Positions 48,943-59,176 are shown, numbered from the stretch's first letter. The stretch: DNA of 64,000 nucleotides from Desulfococcaceae bacterium (GCA_030145385.1 JAQYVU010000007.1:17930-81929), one strand, 5' to 3'. The notes: generated by a model from the sequence alone, not told the origin. Numbers and translations: made by a program.

Positions 48943-49254
48943 ATGGAAAAATTGCCTTATTGAATAAACCGGCATTAGCACTGAATTCGGTTGGTATGTT
49001 GCACAGATGGCCAGAATTTTACGGCGAGCACAAGCTATTGCAAGATGCAATGAGGAGGAGAGTTTTGATGGTGAGCACTATCTTTGTCTCACCAAAGTTT
49101 TATTTCTTGACATAATCGGAGATTGATTCAACCCGATCTATAGCGCAAAAGTCTTGTTTCAACACAACGTATTGATATTAATTATCATATAGGTAAATAT
49201 TAAACATTATTATCCAGGTGATTCCCTATGTTCAATGCATGCCCTGCCTAAAAA

Positions 49255-50260
49255 CAATATGACATTGACGAACCGCGCAATCCGAATACGACGCCTAACT
49301 TCCAATGCACGTAGATCATTTTGAAGACCTGGAGATGGCTTAGGATAATCGCTACCAAAGTCAGTATGGATTTTTCAGACCTTATGTCCGGGACATGATT
49401 TACCGGTATCTGAACTGCGGGGCCCTGCACCTAAAATTTGCCCGGGTGAGATGCCTTGATTGCGGCCATGAGTATCTTTTGCCGTTTTTCCTGCAAGCGC
49501 CGTCATTTCTGCCCCTCCTGCCACCAGAAAAAAGTCATCGAGTTCGGTGAATGGATGTGCGAGGAGGTCTTGAAACATTTGCCACATCGTCAATGGGAGT
49601 ACTCCATCCCCAAACAGCTTCGCGTATTTAATTGGTCTCTGAAATCAACAGCCTCTATGGGCGTGGATATCTACTATGACCATCGCCTGCTGCTTGCCGA
49701 GCTTTCCCTGTGTGCTTGGAAAGTCTTATCCACATATCTGAAAACCAGTGTGAGATAAGATGACACGATTCCCGGCGGCGTAATCGCGGCCCAGATCTTC
49801 GGCGATTTTCAGAATTTTAATCCCCATCTGCACATTATCGCAACCGATGGCTGTTTTTATGAAAACGGCCTGTCGGCGTGCAACGCACGGACAGGCCTTT
49901 TCATCAAGGGGCCGCAACCCGTTGCAAGGGAGTTGGAGGATTCATTTCGCCGGGAGGTCTTTGCCTGCTCAAAAAAGAGGGAATGATCACCGATCTTGTC
50001 ATCGATAATATGATGTGCCAGCATCACAGCAGCTTCAACGTCTATTGCGACAAGACCCTCTGGCCAGACAATGAAGAGGGACTGGAAAATCTGGCCCGAT
50101 AAATTATCCAGCGTCATTTTCATCCGAGCGGATGACTTATATCCCGGCCTCTGAAACAAAAACCGGGACGGCCAGAGTCATTTATCATTCCAAGAATGAA
50201 CACAGCTTTTGCATTCCTGCCCGAAAGCCATCGCACAATTTTTTCAGAAGAATACAAAAA
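49255..50260 (+). mobile_element. IS91-family (Y2/rolling-circle) transposase pseudogene: multiple frameshifts and stops, 3' truncated
   Basis: The pieces lie in three frames: EPRNPNTTPNFQC / HVDHFEDLEMA*DNRYQSQYGFFRPYVRDMIYRYLNCG..ARVRCLDCGHEYLLPF / SCKRRHFCPSCHQKKVIEFGEW...HRQWEYSIPKQLR / ..PGGVIAAQIFGDFQNFNPHLHIIATDGCFYENG / ..ITDLVIDNMMCQHHSSFNVYCDKTLWPDNEEGLENLAR*. These are the Zn-binding and Y2-transposase motifs of IS91-like elements. Confidence 0.7.
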
Positions 50261-50405
50261 CCGAACGGCAAAATTCAGTACAAAGAAAACTATCGCTTTT
50301 CAGGACAGAAACATTGATATGATTTAAAGCTGAGAGAGTTTTCAGTTCTAATGAAATGAGGATAATGGCAGAAAAAGATAATCAATTCCATTTAAAACCG
50401 CTTTT

Positions 50406-50566
50406 AGGGCCGTGGAAAAAATAAAATATCCCAAATAGCGAAGGATTTTGCTTCCACATTCAAGGCGCGATGAAGCAAACATATCGAGATGCGTATGTTG
50501 CATCGCAACAAAGAAGGCGAAGCAATCGACCCGCAAGATCGCGGCATTTATATTTTTCACAGCCCT
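50406..50566. repeat. Long-hairpin intergenic repeat, subfamily B, copy 2
   Basis: agggccgtggaaaaaataaaatatccca ... gcgaaggattttgcttcc..attcaaggcgcgatgaagc...tcgcaacaaagaaggcgaagcaa ... with a degraded right arm, cggcatttatatttttcacagccct. Confidence 0.75.
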
Positions 50567-50995
50567 TATACCCGCCAAAAGATGAACCAAAGGTCTCAAA
50601 CGCCCCCTTCCGTTAACGTAAGTTTTTTGATTGTTAATAACTTAATCTGGTGCAACAAGAATTTGCATTAATTGCAAGGATGGCAAGTACTGAAAGGATT
50701 GCACACTGGCTTTAATGCTTTTTTTGACTCCGAAAATTTCAAAATTGCGCCACCATTGGAGAAAGATTACAGACTAATATTCATATTTTTTGATGGTTAA
50801 CTTAACTCGCCCCTTTTCGTTCCCTGCACGTTCCGTGTTCGCCCAAATATTACATATTTGTAATGATGCAAGTGCAAACTTACAATTCTGTATTTTATTT
50901 TCAAATCCCACAATGTGGCAGCTAAAGTATAATACGGAAAATAACCCAATGGATTTTAAGATTATTGTAAAAAAGAGATCACATCGATGGGTTTA

Positions 50996-51011
50996 TGGCA
51001 TGCAAAATGCA
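50996..51011 (+). promoter_or_regulatory. Sigma-54-like -24/-12 element (also part of a palindrome) upstream of the ABC/eut operon
   Basis: TGGCATGCAAAATGCA has GG and GC at the canonical 12-nt register and lies 117 nt before the ATG at 51128. It is also the palindrome CATGCAaaaTGCATG, so it could equally be an operator. Confidence 0.3.
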
Positions 51012-51127
51012 TGTTGCTTAATACGTAGCGCTTGCATGGCGCATCACCGAGAAAAAATAACCCATACCCCAAAAAAGCAACCCATATCCTGGACAAGGAT
51101 ATGGGATGAAGAGGAAAGGATTTAAAA

Positions 51128-52105
51128 ATGAAAAGGAAAGAATGTAAGATAAAAAGACGTTGTACTCACTTTTGGCTGTGGATGCTTCTTGCGGCAATGA
51201 TATTCTCACCGGCTTCCGCCCTTTGCGGATCTGTGGAGTCAAATGACCCGATCAAAATCACCCTGCACGACTGGAGCGGTCAGCTGATCACCAGCCATCT
51301 GATGGGAGATATTCTGGAATCCATGGGGTATCGTATCAAATATGTCACTGCCGATTATATTGCCCAGTTCGCCGGACTAGAATCCGGAGATCTGCACCTG
51401 GCGATGGAAATCTGGGAAACCACCGGCAAGCAGGCGATGCTCAAATCCCTGGCAACCGGAAAGACGGAAGACCTCGGCGAAACCGGTTTGTTTGCCAAGG
51501 AAGAGTGGTGGTATCCGGCTTACATGAAGGAACAGTGCCCGGATCTCCCGGACTGGAAAGCACTCAACAAATATGTCAAGGTTTTTGCGGCACCCGAAAC
51601 CGCCCCCAAAGGGCGCTACCTCTGCGCACCGGTGACATGGGGCGGCTTCGACGAGGAGCGGGTCAAGGCGCTCGGCCTTGATTACGAAGTGGTCCATGCC
51701 GGCACAGACGCGGCACTGTTTGCCGAACTCACCTCCGCCTACCAGCGAAAAGCCCCGATCCTCCTGTGGGTTTACACGCCGCATTGGGTCCCCATCAAAT
51801 ATAAAGGCGAATGGATCCAGTTTCCGAAATATACCGATGAATGCTACGAGGATCCGACCTGGGGCGGCAATCCCGAAATGACTCATGACTGCGGCAAACC
51901 GGAAGGATGGATCAAAAAAGTTGCCTGGGCCGGCCTCAAAGATAAATGGCCCGGAGCCTACAAAGCGATCAAGGCGTTCCATATCGAAAATAAAGAGATG
52001 GGAGAAATGATCGCCAGAATCGATCTGGACGGAGAAAAACTGGAAGATGTCGTTGCGGACTATTTGAAAACACACGAAGCTGTCTGGAAGGAATGGATCA
52101 AATAA
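51128..52105 (+). CDS. ABC transporter substrate-binding protein, glycine betaine/choline (ProX/OpuAC) type
   Basis: 325 aa with a signal peptide (..WLWMLLAAMIFSPASALC). The Trp-rich segments (EIWETTG, EEWWYPAYM, LLWVYTPHW) are typical of quaternary-amine binding proteins. Confidence 0.75.
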   Translation: MKRKECKIKRRCTHFWLWMLLAAMIFSPASALCGSVESNDPIKITLHDWSGQLITSHLMGDILESMGYRIKYVTADYIAQFAGLESGDLHLAMEIWETTGKQAMLKSLATGKTEDLGETGLFAKEEWWYPAYMKEQCPDLPDWKALNKYVKVFAAPETAPKGRYLCAPVTWGGFDEERVKALGLDYEVVHAGTDAALFAELTSAYQRKAPILLWVYTPHWVPIKYKGEWIQFPKYTDECYEDPTWGGNPEMTHDCGKPEGWIKKVAWAGLKDKWPGAYKAIKAFHIENKEMGEMIARIDLDGEKLEDVVADYLKTHEAVWKEWIK

Positions 52106-53184
52106 TCATGATCGCTCCCAAAACAGAAAAATTGACCCCTGGCACCGTGAAGCTGGCCTGTCGCAATGTATGGAAGCTCTTCGGGAAACATCCGGAGCGC
52201 TTCCTGGCCGCTCACGACAATCGCCCGACCTACGAGCAAATCCGGGAAGCCTACTATATCGGGGCTACCCGGGATGTATCTCTGGAAATCTATGAAGGAG
52301 AGATTTTTGTCATCATGGGATTATCCGGATCCGGGAAATCCACGCTGGTACGGAACATGACGCGGTTGATCGAACCCACTGCCGGTGAGATTATCTTCGA
52401 CGGCATGGACCTTCTCAAAGCCGATGAGAAAACCCTCATCGACATCCGCCGGAAAAAAATGGGCATGGTATTCCAGAATTTCGGCCTCCTGCCCCACCGC
52501 AATGTTCTTGACAATGTGGCCTTTCCGTTAGAGGTCCAGGGCATGGCACGATTTGCCCGTGAAGAAGAGGCCGAGCAGATGATTGAACTGGTGGGTCTCA
52601 AAGGCCGGGAATATTATTTCCCCAGGGAACTCTCCGGCGGAGAGCAGCAGCGGGTCGGCATTGCCAGGTCGCTGGCGGTCGCCCCGGAGGTCTGGTTCCT
52701 GGACGAACCCTTTTCGGCCTTAGATCCCCTGATCCGCGCGGAGATGCAGGATGAATTCTTAAGGCTTCAAAAAGTTCTCCACAAAACCATCGTTTTCATC
52801 ACCCATGATTTCGACGAGGCCATCCGGCTGGCGGACCGTATCGCCATCATGAAAAATGGAGAAATCGTCCAGGTCGGTACCCCGGAAACCCTGCTCCTGC
52901 ATCCGGCCGACGCATACGTTTCAGAATTCACACAAAAGGTTCCCCGGGCAAAGGTCGTGTCGGCCGCCTCCGTCATGACGCCTTTAGACAGCGCTTCACC
53001 CATTCCGCCAACCGTCTCCCCGGTCGCTGCAGACACGAAAATCGATGCACTCATCGGTCGATTCATCAATCAGCAGGAGCCCATACCTGTGGTCGACGCG
53101 TCGGAACGGATTATCGGAGAGATCAGCATGCAAAATGCGCTCAGGGTCTTTATCGGAGAGGAGGCTGCAACCCATGGGTGCTAA
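52093..53184 (+). CDS. ABC transporter ATP-binding protein, ProV/OpuAA type with a C-terminal CBS-like tail
   Basis: 363 aa with Walker A GLSGSGKST, signature LSGGEQQRVGIARSL and Walker B WFLDEPFSALD. It overlaps the upstream gene by 13 nt (alternative start at 52108). Confidence 0.85.
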   Translation: MDQIIMIAPKTEKLTPGTVKLACRNVWKLFGKHPERFLAAHDNRPTYEQIREAYYIGATRDVSLEIYEGEIFVIMGLSGSGKSTLVRNMTRLIEPTAGEIIFDGMDLLKADEKTLIDIRRKKMGMVFQNFGLLPHRNVLDNVAFPLEVQGMARFAREEEAEQMIELVGLKGREYYFPRELSGGEQQRVGIARSLAVAPEVWFLDEPFSALDPLIRAEMQDEFLRLQKVLHKTIVFITHDFDEAIRLADRIAIMKNGEIVQVGTPETLLLHPADAYVSEFTQKVPRAKVVSAASVMTPLDSASPIPPTVSPVAADTKIDALIGRFINQQEPIPVVDASERIIGEISMQNALRVFIGEEAATHGC

Positions 53185-55312
53185 TGAGATATGCTCATTT
53201 GCCGGATTTTACAAAACCCCACCGGTCCCCTTTGCGCCCATAAGCTGCCCCGCAGCAGAACCGGACGCGGAATCGATAGAGGAGATGGTGGAGATGGAAC
53301 CGGTGGACCGGAGCGCCCCCCTGATACGGGCCTGGCGCCGAATCTGGTCAGAGTTGAAATCGGCCCCCGTCACCCGTTGGATCTGGGTGGCGGTACTCAT
53401 GACCTGGGTGACGACCCGTTTCATTGATCCGCCCTGGATGGCGGTCTACCCGGAAGACTGGGTACTGCCCTTCAAAGACCTGTTGAATCGTCTCATGGAC
53501 TGGCTGATCAACGATCTCAGTTTCGGGGTTTTCACATTCAAAGAAATGACCCGATCTGTGGCCTGGCTGCTCGAATGGCCCATGACATGGGCACTGGGGA
53601 TCTTTGCCACCGGCGTCGATATTGCGACGGGCGGTGGCCAGATGCTGCATATCCCCCACCTGCCCTGGATTGCTGTCGTGGGCGTGGCTGCCATCCTCGG
53701 GCATGCCGGCAAAGGGTGGAACCTTGCCCTTCTGGCCGGATCGGCGTTTCTCTATCTGGCCGTGTTCGGTCAATGGGAAAGCGCCATGATGACCCTGGCC
53801 GCCATATTGATTTCCGTTGCCATCGGAGCCCTGGTCGGGCTGGCCATCGGCATCGTTACCGCCGGGAGCCGCCGGATCGAGGCATGGGTCCTGCCATTGC
53901 TGGATCTCATGCAGACGGTGCCGGTGTTCGCCTACCTGATCCCGATTCTCTTTTTGTTCGGCTTCGGGCCGGTTTCCGCCATGATTGCCACCATCATCTA
54001 TGCCACCCCCCCCATGGTCCGCTGTACCATGCTGGGGTTGCGTGCAACACCCCCCGAAATTATTGAATCCGGACAGATGATCGGCTGCACCCGCCGCCAG
54101 CTCCTGTGGAAAGTCAAAATACCGGCAGCCATGTCGGAATTGATGGTCGGCCTGAATCAGGTCATCATGCTCTCCCTGAACATGGTCATCATCGCCTCCA
54201 TGATCGGTGCCGGCGGCCTGGGGTACGATGTTCTCGCAGCCCTTCGACGCCTGAAGATCGGTGCCGGACTGGAGTCTGGGATCGCCATCGTCGTCATGGC
54301 CATTGCGCTGGATCGCCTCAGCCAGGCCTTCGCATGCAAAGCACCTGTCAATCTGCGTGACGCGACGTTTCTCAAACGTCACGCCCATTCCCTTCTGGCC
54401 GTCGCCGTTATCCTGGGCGGCTATGCGCTGGGAATGATATTCCCGGTGCTGATGAACTACCCCGAGACCTGGGAGGTGACCACCGGCCCCTTCTGGGACG
54501 GAATGATCAAATTTATCAACATCAACTGTTATGATCAGCTCGAATGGATCCGCAGCGGTCTTCTACTGACACTGCTCATGCCGTTCAAACGATTTTTAAT
54601 CGGACTGCCCTGGCTGGGGGTGATCATGGCGCTGGGGCTTGTTGCCTATCGGTTGAAGGGGTTTAAGCTTGCGGGCCTGGTGGTGGCGCTGGCCGGATTT
54701 ATCGCGGTCACCGGGTTCTGGGAAAAAGCCATGATTACCGTTTACCTGTGCGGCATCGGCGTTATGCTTTCCACTGTCATTGGTCTGATTATCGGCGTCT
54801 GGGCCGCCAAGAGCAATTCCATGTCGCGCGTGATAAATATCATTTTAGACACCCTCCAGACGCTGCCGTCCTTTGTCTATCTCATGCCGGTGGTGATGCT
54901 GTTTCGCGTGGGCGATGTATCGGCCCTAATCGCCATCGTTGCTTATGCCGTGGTTCCCGCCATTCGCTATACCGTGCACGGCATATTGAACGTCCCCGCA
55001 ACCGTGCGGGAAGCAGCCGTTGTTTCGGGGTGCACCCCATATCAAACTTTCTGGAAGGTCGAGTTGCCGCTGGCCCTTCCGGATATCATGCTGGGCATCA
55101 ACCAGACAGTCATGCTGGCCCTTTCGATGGTCGTCATTACCGCCCTGGTCGGCACCCGGGATTTGGGCCAGGAGGTCTACATCGCCCTGACACGGGCGGA
55201 TAACGGGCTGGGATTGACCGCCGGACTGGGCGTTGCATTCATCGCGACCATTACCGACCGGCTGATTCAGGCATGGACCGAATCGCGACGATCGCACCTG
55301 GGAGCCGCATGA
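53174..55312 (+). CDS. ABC transporter permease, tandem fusion of two ProW-type transmembrane domains
   Basis: I start it at MGANEICSF (ATG 53174, GGAGAGGAGG 9 nt upstream, overlapping the proV-like stop). It has two copies of the permease core (..MQTVPVFAYLIPILFLFG.. and ..LQTLPSFVYLMPVVMLF..), 712 aa in all. Confidence 0.8.
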   Translation: MGANEICSFAGFYKTPPVPFAPISCPAAEPDAESIEEMVEMEPVDRSAPLIRAWRRIWSELKSAPVTRWIWVAVLMTWVTTRFIDPPWMAVYPEDWVLPFKDLLNRLMDWLINDLSFGVFTFKEMTRSVAWLLEWPMTWALGIFATGVDIATGGGQMLHIPHLPWIAVVGVAAILGHAGKGWNLALLAGSAFLYLAVFGQWESAMMTLAAILISVAIGALVGLAIGIVTAGSRRIEAWVLPLLDLMQTVPVFAYLIPILFLFGFGPVSAMIATIIYATPPMVRCTMLGLRATPPEIIESGQMIGCTRRQLLWKVKIPAAMSELMVGLNQVIMLSLNMVIIASMIGAGGLGYDVLAALRRLKIGAGLESGIAIVVMAIALDRLSQAFACKAPVNLRDATFLKRHAHSLLAVAVILGGYALGMIFPVLMNYPETWEVTTGPFWDGMIKFININCYDQLEWIRSGLLLTLLMPFKRFLIGLPWLGVIMALGLVAYRLKGFKLAGLVVALAGFIAVTGFWEKAMITVYLCGIGVMLSTVIGLIIGVWAAKSNSMSRVINIILDTLQTLPSFVYLMPVVMLFRVGDVSALIAIVAYAVVPAIRYTVHGILNVPATVREAAVVSGCTPYQTFWKVELPLALPDIMLGINQTVMLALSMVVITALVGTRDLGQEVYIALTRADNGLGLTAGLGVAFIATITDRLIQAWTESRRSHLGAA

Positions 55313-56859
55313 CCGGCCCCGTCCAGACGCCAGGCATATCCGCGTGTTCGAGCGACGGGCGGGTTTTCCGCCCGTCGGCGCGCTCGGTCACCCTGCTTGG
55401 ATTTGATTTCGGATCGACGACCAGCAGCGCTGTGGCCGCCCGTTTGCGGGTCGGCAGGCATCGATTTTCCGGTGAGGTCTCCCTCGAACGGCCCAAAATC
55501 ATCTACCGGTCGAAAACCGTTTTTACGCCCTTCACCGGTGACGATCTGGACCTTCCCGCCTTGCGTCGCATTATCCGGGGATGGATGACCGACGGGCGAC
55601 TTGAAATTGACGACATATTCTCCGGGGGTGCCATTGTCACGGGCCTGGCAGCCACCCGGCGCAACGCCGACAAGCTGACGGCCCTGGTACATGAGTATGC
55701 GGGAGAATCACTGATTGCAACGGCTGATGATCCGGCCCTGGAATCCTGGCTGGCATTTATGGGCAGCTGCTATGGCATGTCCCGGAGCCGCCCCCGGCGA
55801 CCGGTGCTTAACCTGGATATCGGGGGAGGGACCACCAATGCGGCCCTGGGATTAAACGGGGATATTCTGTCCACCGGATGCGCGTTTATCGGGGCCCGCC
55901 ACTTTCGCTTTTCGCCGGGAACCTACCGGCTGACAGGCATTTCTTCCTTTGGAGAAAGACTCCTGCGTCAACTGGATATAGATATCACACCGGGAGATAT
56001 TGTGGCGGCCGATGCACGGGATCGTCTCCTGGAGTTGATGATCCGGTATCTTGAAGAGATTGCCACCGGGCAGCGGGACCTGGCAGAAGACTCCCGATTC
56101 GCGTTTATCGAGCAGTTGCCCCTGAACGTTCCCGAAACAGCTCATGATCCGATGATAACATTCTCCGGCGGTGTCGGCGCCCTTGTCTACAGGGCAGCCC
56201 TGGGTGAACCGATGCCCGGGATTACCGCATTCGGGGATCTGGGAATCGACCTGGCCCGGCGGATCGCCTCCTCTCCGATTCTCTCCAAAAACCTCTTGAG
56301 CTGCATGCCCGAGAGCAGGGGACATGCCACCGTTTACGGACTGGCGCTGCATCACACGGAAATTTCGGGCACAACGCTGTTTCTCCCGGCCCCCCAGTTG
56401 CTGCCGCTAAAGGATTTGCCGGTGGTGGCCCGGCTGAAAATTGACGACAAAGAGAGCAGAATTTCCCATGGGCTGAAGATGGTCCGAAAGTGTCAGACCG
56501 GCGGCGCCATTCAGGTGAACGGCACACCCGGCCGCTCTGAAAGCCGTCAGGCAGTTGAGTGCTTTCGGCGGTTTGGCCGGCTGCTGGGTGCGCTGATGAA
56601 GGAAGCGGACTGGCCTGAGGATCGCCCGGTGGTACTGCTCATGAACAGCAATTGCGGAAAAACCGTGGGCAACTATGCCACCGGCTGGAAACAATACGCC
56701 CTGCCCCTTCTGGTCTTAGACGAGATCCCCGATCGGGACACCCAGTTTGTAACCATTGGCAGGAAAAAGGGTGCATTGGTGCCGGTCTCTTTTTTCGGGA
56801 TGCATCATGCGGCGTCCCGTTCAAACATCAGAATCACCAACACGCAGGACACGTGTTGA
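55309..56859 (+). CDS. eutA: Ethanolamine ammonia-lyase reactivating factor EutA
   Basis: Preferred start is MTGPVQ (ATG 55309), which overlaps the permease TGA as ATGA. ..LLGFDFGSTTSSAVAARL.. and ..LNLDIGGGTTNAAL.. are the ASKHA/EutA phosphate-binding motifs. Confidence 0.75.
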   Translation: MTGPVQTPGISACSSDGRVFRPSARSVTLLGFDFGSTTSSAVAARLRVGRHRFSGEVSLERPKIIYRSKTVFTPFTGDDLDLPALRRIIRGWMTDGRLEIDDIFSGGAIVTGLAATRRNADKLTALVHEYAGESLIATADDPALESWLAFMGSCYGMSRSRPRRPVLNLDIGGGTTNAALGLNGDILSTGCAFIGARHFRFSPGTYRLTGISSFGERLLRQLDIDITPGDIVAADARDRLLELMIRYLEEIATGQRDLAEDSRFAFIEQLPLNVPETAHDPMITFSGGVGALVYRAALGEPMPGITAFGDLGIDLARRIASSPILSKNLLSCMPESRGHATVYGLALHHTEISGTTLFLPAPQLLPLKDLPVVARLKIDDKESRISHGLKMVRKCQTGGAIQVNGTPGRSESRQAVECFRRFGRLLGALMKEADWPEDRPVVLLMNSNCGKTVGNYATGWKQYALPLLVLDEIPDRDTQFVTIGRKKGALVPVSFFGMHHAASRSNIRITNTQDTC

Positions 56860-56887
56860 AAAACATATAGAAAAAAAAGGATTTATT

Positions 56888-59095
56888 TTGAAACCACTGA
56901 CCCCCATTGCAGATATCCGGATACCTGCACCGCAACCCGACATGGACTACACCACCCGTATCATGGGCAGGACCTTTACTTTTCACGGCCTCAAGCGCCT
57001 CCTGGGAGCTGCGGACTACGGCAAAGCCGGAGACCGTTCCGCCGGACTCTCGGCCGCCAGTGAAACCGAACGCGAGGCAGCCCGCTCCCTGATGTCGTCT
57101 CTGACGCTGGAGCATTTATTCGACCATCCCCTGACCGACGAGGAGGGTCGAACGGATTCCGTCATGCGGGTTAACTATGCCATCGACGCGACCGCATTTG
57201 ATGAAATTCGACGCATGACCTTAGGGACGCTCAAAGACCACCTGATGCGGCAGCCGGGCGATGTCATCAAGCGGATCGGCAGTGGATTGACCGGCCCCAT
57301 GGCGGCCGCGCTGACCAAACTCATGGATGTCCATGAGCTGATCCTGCTGTCAAAAAAAATTGAAACGCCGACCCGGGCCCGCACCCGGATCGGGCAGCAG
57401 GGCACCCTTTGCTCAAGGCTTCAGCCGAATCATCCGACCGATCACCTGGACGGACTGACCCTGCTGACCTATACAGGACTGTCCCTGGGAACCGGAGACT
57501 GCCTCATCGGCGTCAATCCGGCCGAGGATACGGTTCAGAACATTTCAGCCATACTGGGGCAGCTCGATGCCATCCGCCGTGAAACGGGCGCGCCGACCCA
57601 GATCTGTGTACTGGGCCACATCAAGACGCAGATCAGCTGCCTGGAACAGGGGGCACCTGTCGAGATTCTGTTCCAGAGCCTTGCCGGTACCGATCGCACC
57701 CTGGTTGAGGAATTCGACGTTACCGTCGATTATCTTGACTTTGCCTACGACACGATGGACCGGATCGGGCCGCTTCGCGGGCAGGCAGACCAGATGATGT
57801 ATTTCGAAACCGGCCAGGGCAGCGAGGTCAGCTACGGCAAGCATAACAATATCGACATGGCGACCTGTGAGGCTTTGTGTTACGGGCTTGCCCGACGTTA
57901 CGATCCGTTTATGGTCAACAATGTCACCGGGTTCATCGGTCCGGAAACCCACAATGACAACATGGAGATGATCCTGTCCAACCTTCAGGACCATTTCATG
58001 GGGAAATTGATGGGACTGCCCATGGGCATGGCGCCCTGCTATACGCTTCACTCCGGAATTACGGTCGAGGGGCAGCAGATCGCAACGGAACTTTTGACAG
58101 CCGCCGGGGCCAATTATTACATGGATGTCTATCTGAATAGCGATCGAATGCTGGCCTATTTCGATACCAGCGGCCATGATGACCAGACACTCAGGGAAAT
58201 TTACGGCCGCAGCCCGGCTCCCGAATATGCCGAATGGGCCGTCTCCAAAGGGATCTTTGCCCGCTCGCCGGCGGGTGGTTTTTGCCGCGGCCCGCATTGG
58301 GGCGATCCGTCCATCTTCTGTTCTTCCGAAATGGAATTCCAGTCTCTTTCGGAGTCGCTGCCGGCTGCCTACGGCTTTGAAAATGCCGGCCCCCGTCCGG
58401 CCAATGACGTCTCCCGAACGTCACGATTTAACCAGGCGGCAGCACGCAACGCCATATACAGCGATCTCGATCCTGAACAACTCAAAATCCATGACCTTGA
58501 ACCGGATCGTTTCAAATGGGTCGCCACCCTGGCGGACAGTCGGAAAGTCCATCTGAACAATCCGGAGCGGGGAACCCGTCTGTCCGCGCAAAGTGCGGCG
58601 GACCTGAAAACCGATTGCTCCAAAGACGTTCAGATCGTCATTTCCGACGGTCTCAGCGCTGATGCCATTCACCACAACATACCGCAGCTGCTTCCCGTTC
58701 TTTTAGACGGGCTGGAGAGCCGCGATCTTCGCGTCGGAAAAATAATCGTTGCCCCTTTCGGCAGAGTAAAGCTGGTCGAAAGCATCGCACAGGAAGTCAA
58801 TCCGCGACTGGTGATTATGCTGATAGGCGAACGGCCGGGCGGTGACGCCCAGGCATCCAAGAGCATGTCCGCCTATATTATGTTTCCCGGTGAAACGAAA
58901 AATGACGCATCACTTCCGGAAGAATCCGGTGTGCAGGCGGACGCATACGAATATACCGTTATATCGAATATCTATAACCGGGGCATCCCTCCGCTGGAGG
59001 CCGGAAGCCTTATTGCCGAAAAAGCCCTTGAGATTCTCAAACATCAAGCGGCCGGAAACAGGCTGGAGGAAATTTTGAAATCGGCTGCCGGATGA
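56888..59095 (+). CDS. eutB: Ethanolamine ammonia-lyase, fused large (EutB) and small (EutC) subunits in one polypeptide
   Basis: EutB part: ..RLQPNHPTD..GDCLIGVNPAED..MYFETGQGSE..VNNVTGFIGPE..CYTLHS... EutC part: ..DVQIVISDGLSADAI....RVKLVESIAQEV..LVIMLIGERPGG... The start is uncertain: TTG 56888 has an AAGGA Shine-Dalgarno, and ATG 56942 (MDYTTRIMGRTFTFHGL) fits the homologous N-terminus. The track start at 56756 overlaps eutA and is unlikely. Confidence 0.85.
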   Translation: MKPLTPIADIRIPAPQPDMDYTTRIMGRTFTFHGLKRLLGAADYGKAGDRSAGLSAASETEREAARSLMSSLTLEHLFDHPLTDEEGRTDSVMRVNYAIDATAFDEIRRMTLGTLKDHLMRQPGDVIKRIGSGLTGPMAAALTKLMDVHELILLSKKIETPTRARTRIGQQGTLCSRLQPNHPTDHLDGLTLLTYTGLSLGTGDCLIGVNPAEDTVQNISAILGQLDAIRRETGAPTQICVLGHIKTQISCLEQGAPVEILFQSLAGTDRTLVEEFDVTVDYLDFAYDTMDRIGPLRGQADQMMYFETGQGSEVSYGKHNNIDMATCEALCYGLARRYDPFMVNNVTGFIGPETHNDNMEMILSNLQDHFMGKLMGLPMGMAPCYTLHSGITVEGQQIATELLTAAGANYYMDVYLNSDRMLAYFDTSGHDDQTLREIYGRSPAPEYAEWAVSKGIFARSPAGGFCRGPHWGDPSIFCSSEMEFQSLSESLPAAYGFENAGPRPANDVSRTSRFNQAAARNAIYSDLDPEQLKIHDLEPDRFKWVATLADSRKVHLNNPERGTRLSAQSAADLKTDCSKDVQIVISDGLSADAIHHNIPQLLPVLLDGLESRDLRVGKIIVAPFGRVKLVESIAQEVNPRLVIMLIGERPGGDAQASKSMSAYIMFPGETKNDASLPEESGVQADAYEYTVISNIYNRGIPPLEAGSLIAEKALEILKHQAAGNRLEEILKSAAG

Positions 59096-59176
59096 TGATC
59101 TTCGGGCGTGGTGGTTGCTTGCCAGGAAATCTCCGGCGACGGTTCCAGCGCGAATTCTATCTGGTCCAATCAGGAT

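Noticed and set aside
48738-49115. 125-aa + ORF (and 59686..59880 -) overlapping the two direct-repeat copies
   Set aside because: No family resemblance and no ribosome-binding site. The two copies diverge exactly where a conserved protein would be expected to continue, so the repeat is more likely non-coding.
51377-58297. Long antisense or out-of-frame ORFs in the GC-rich island (51377..52075 -, 53348..54388 - of 346 aa, 53575..54066 +, 54748..55203 +, 55267..55692 -, 55852..56355 -, 57545..58297 -)
   Set aside because: Their R/G/P/H-rich compositions are typical of stop-poor alternative frames in high-GC DNA. Each is fully overlapped by a gene with clear family motifs on the + strand.
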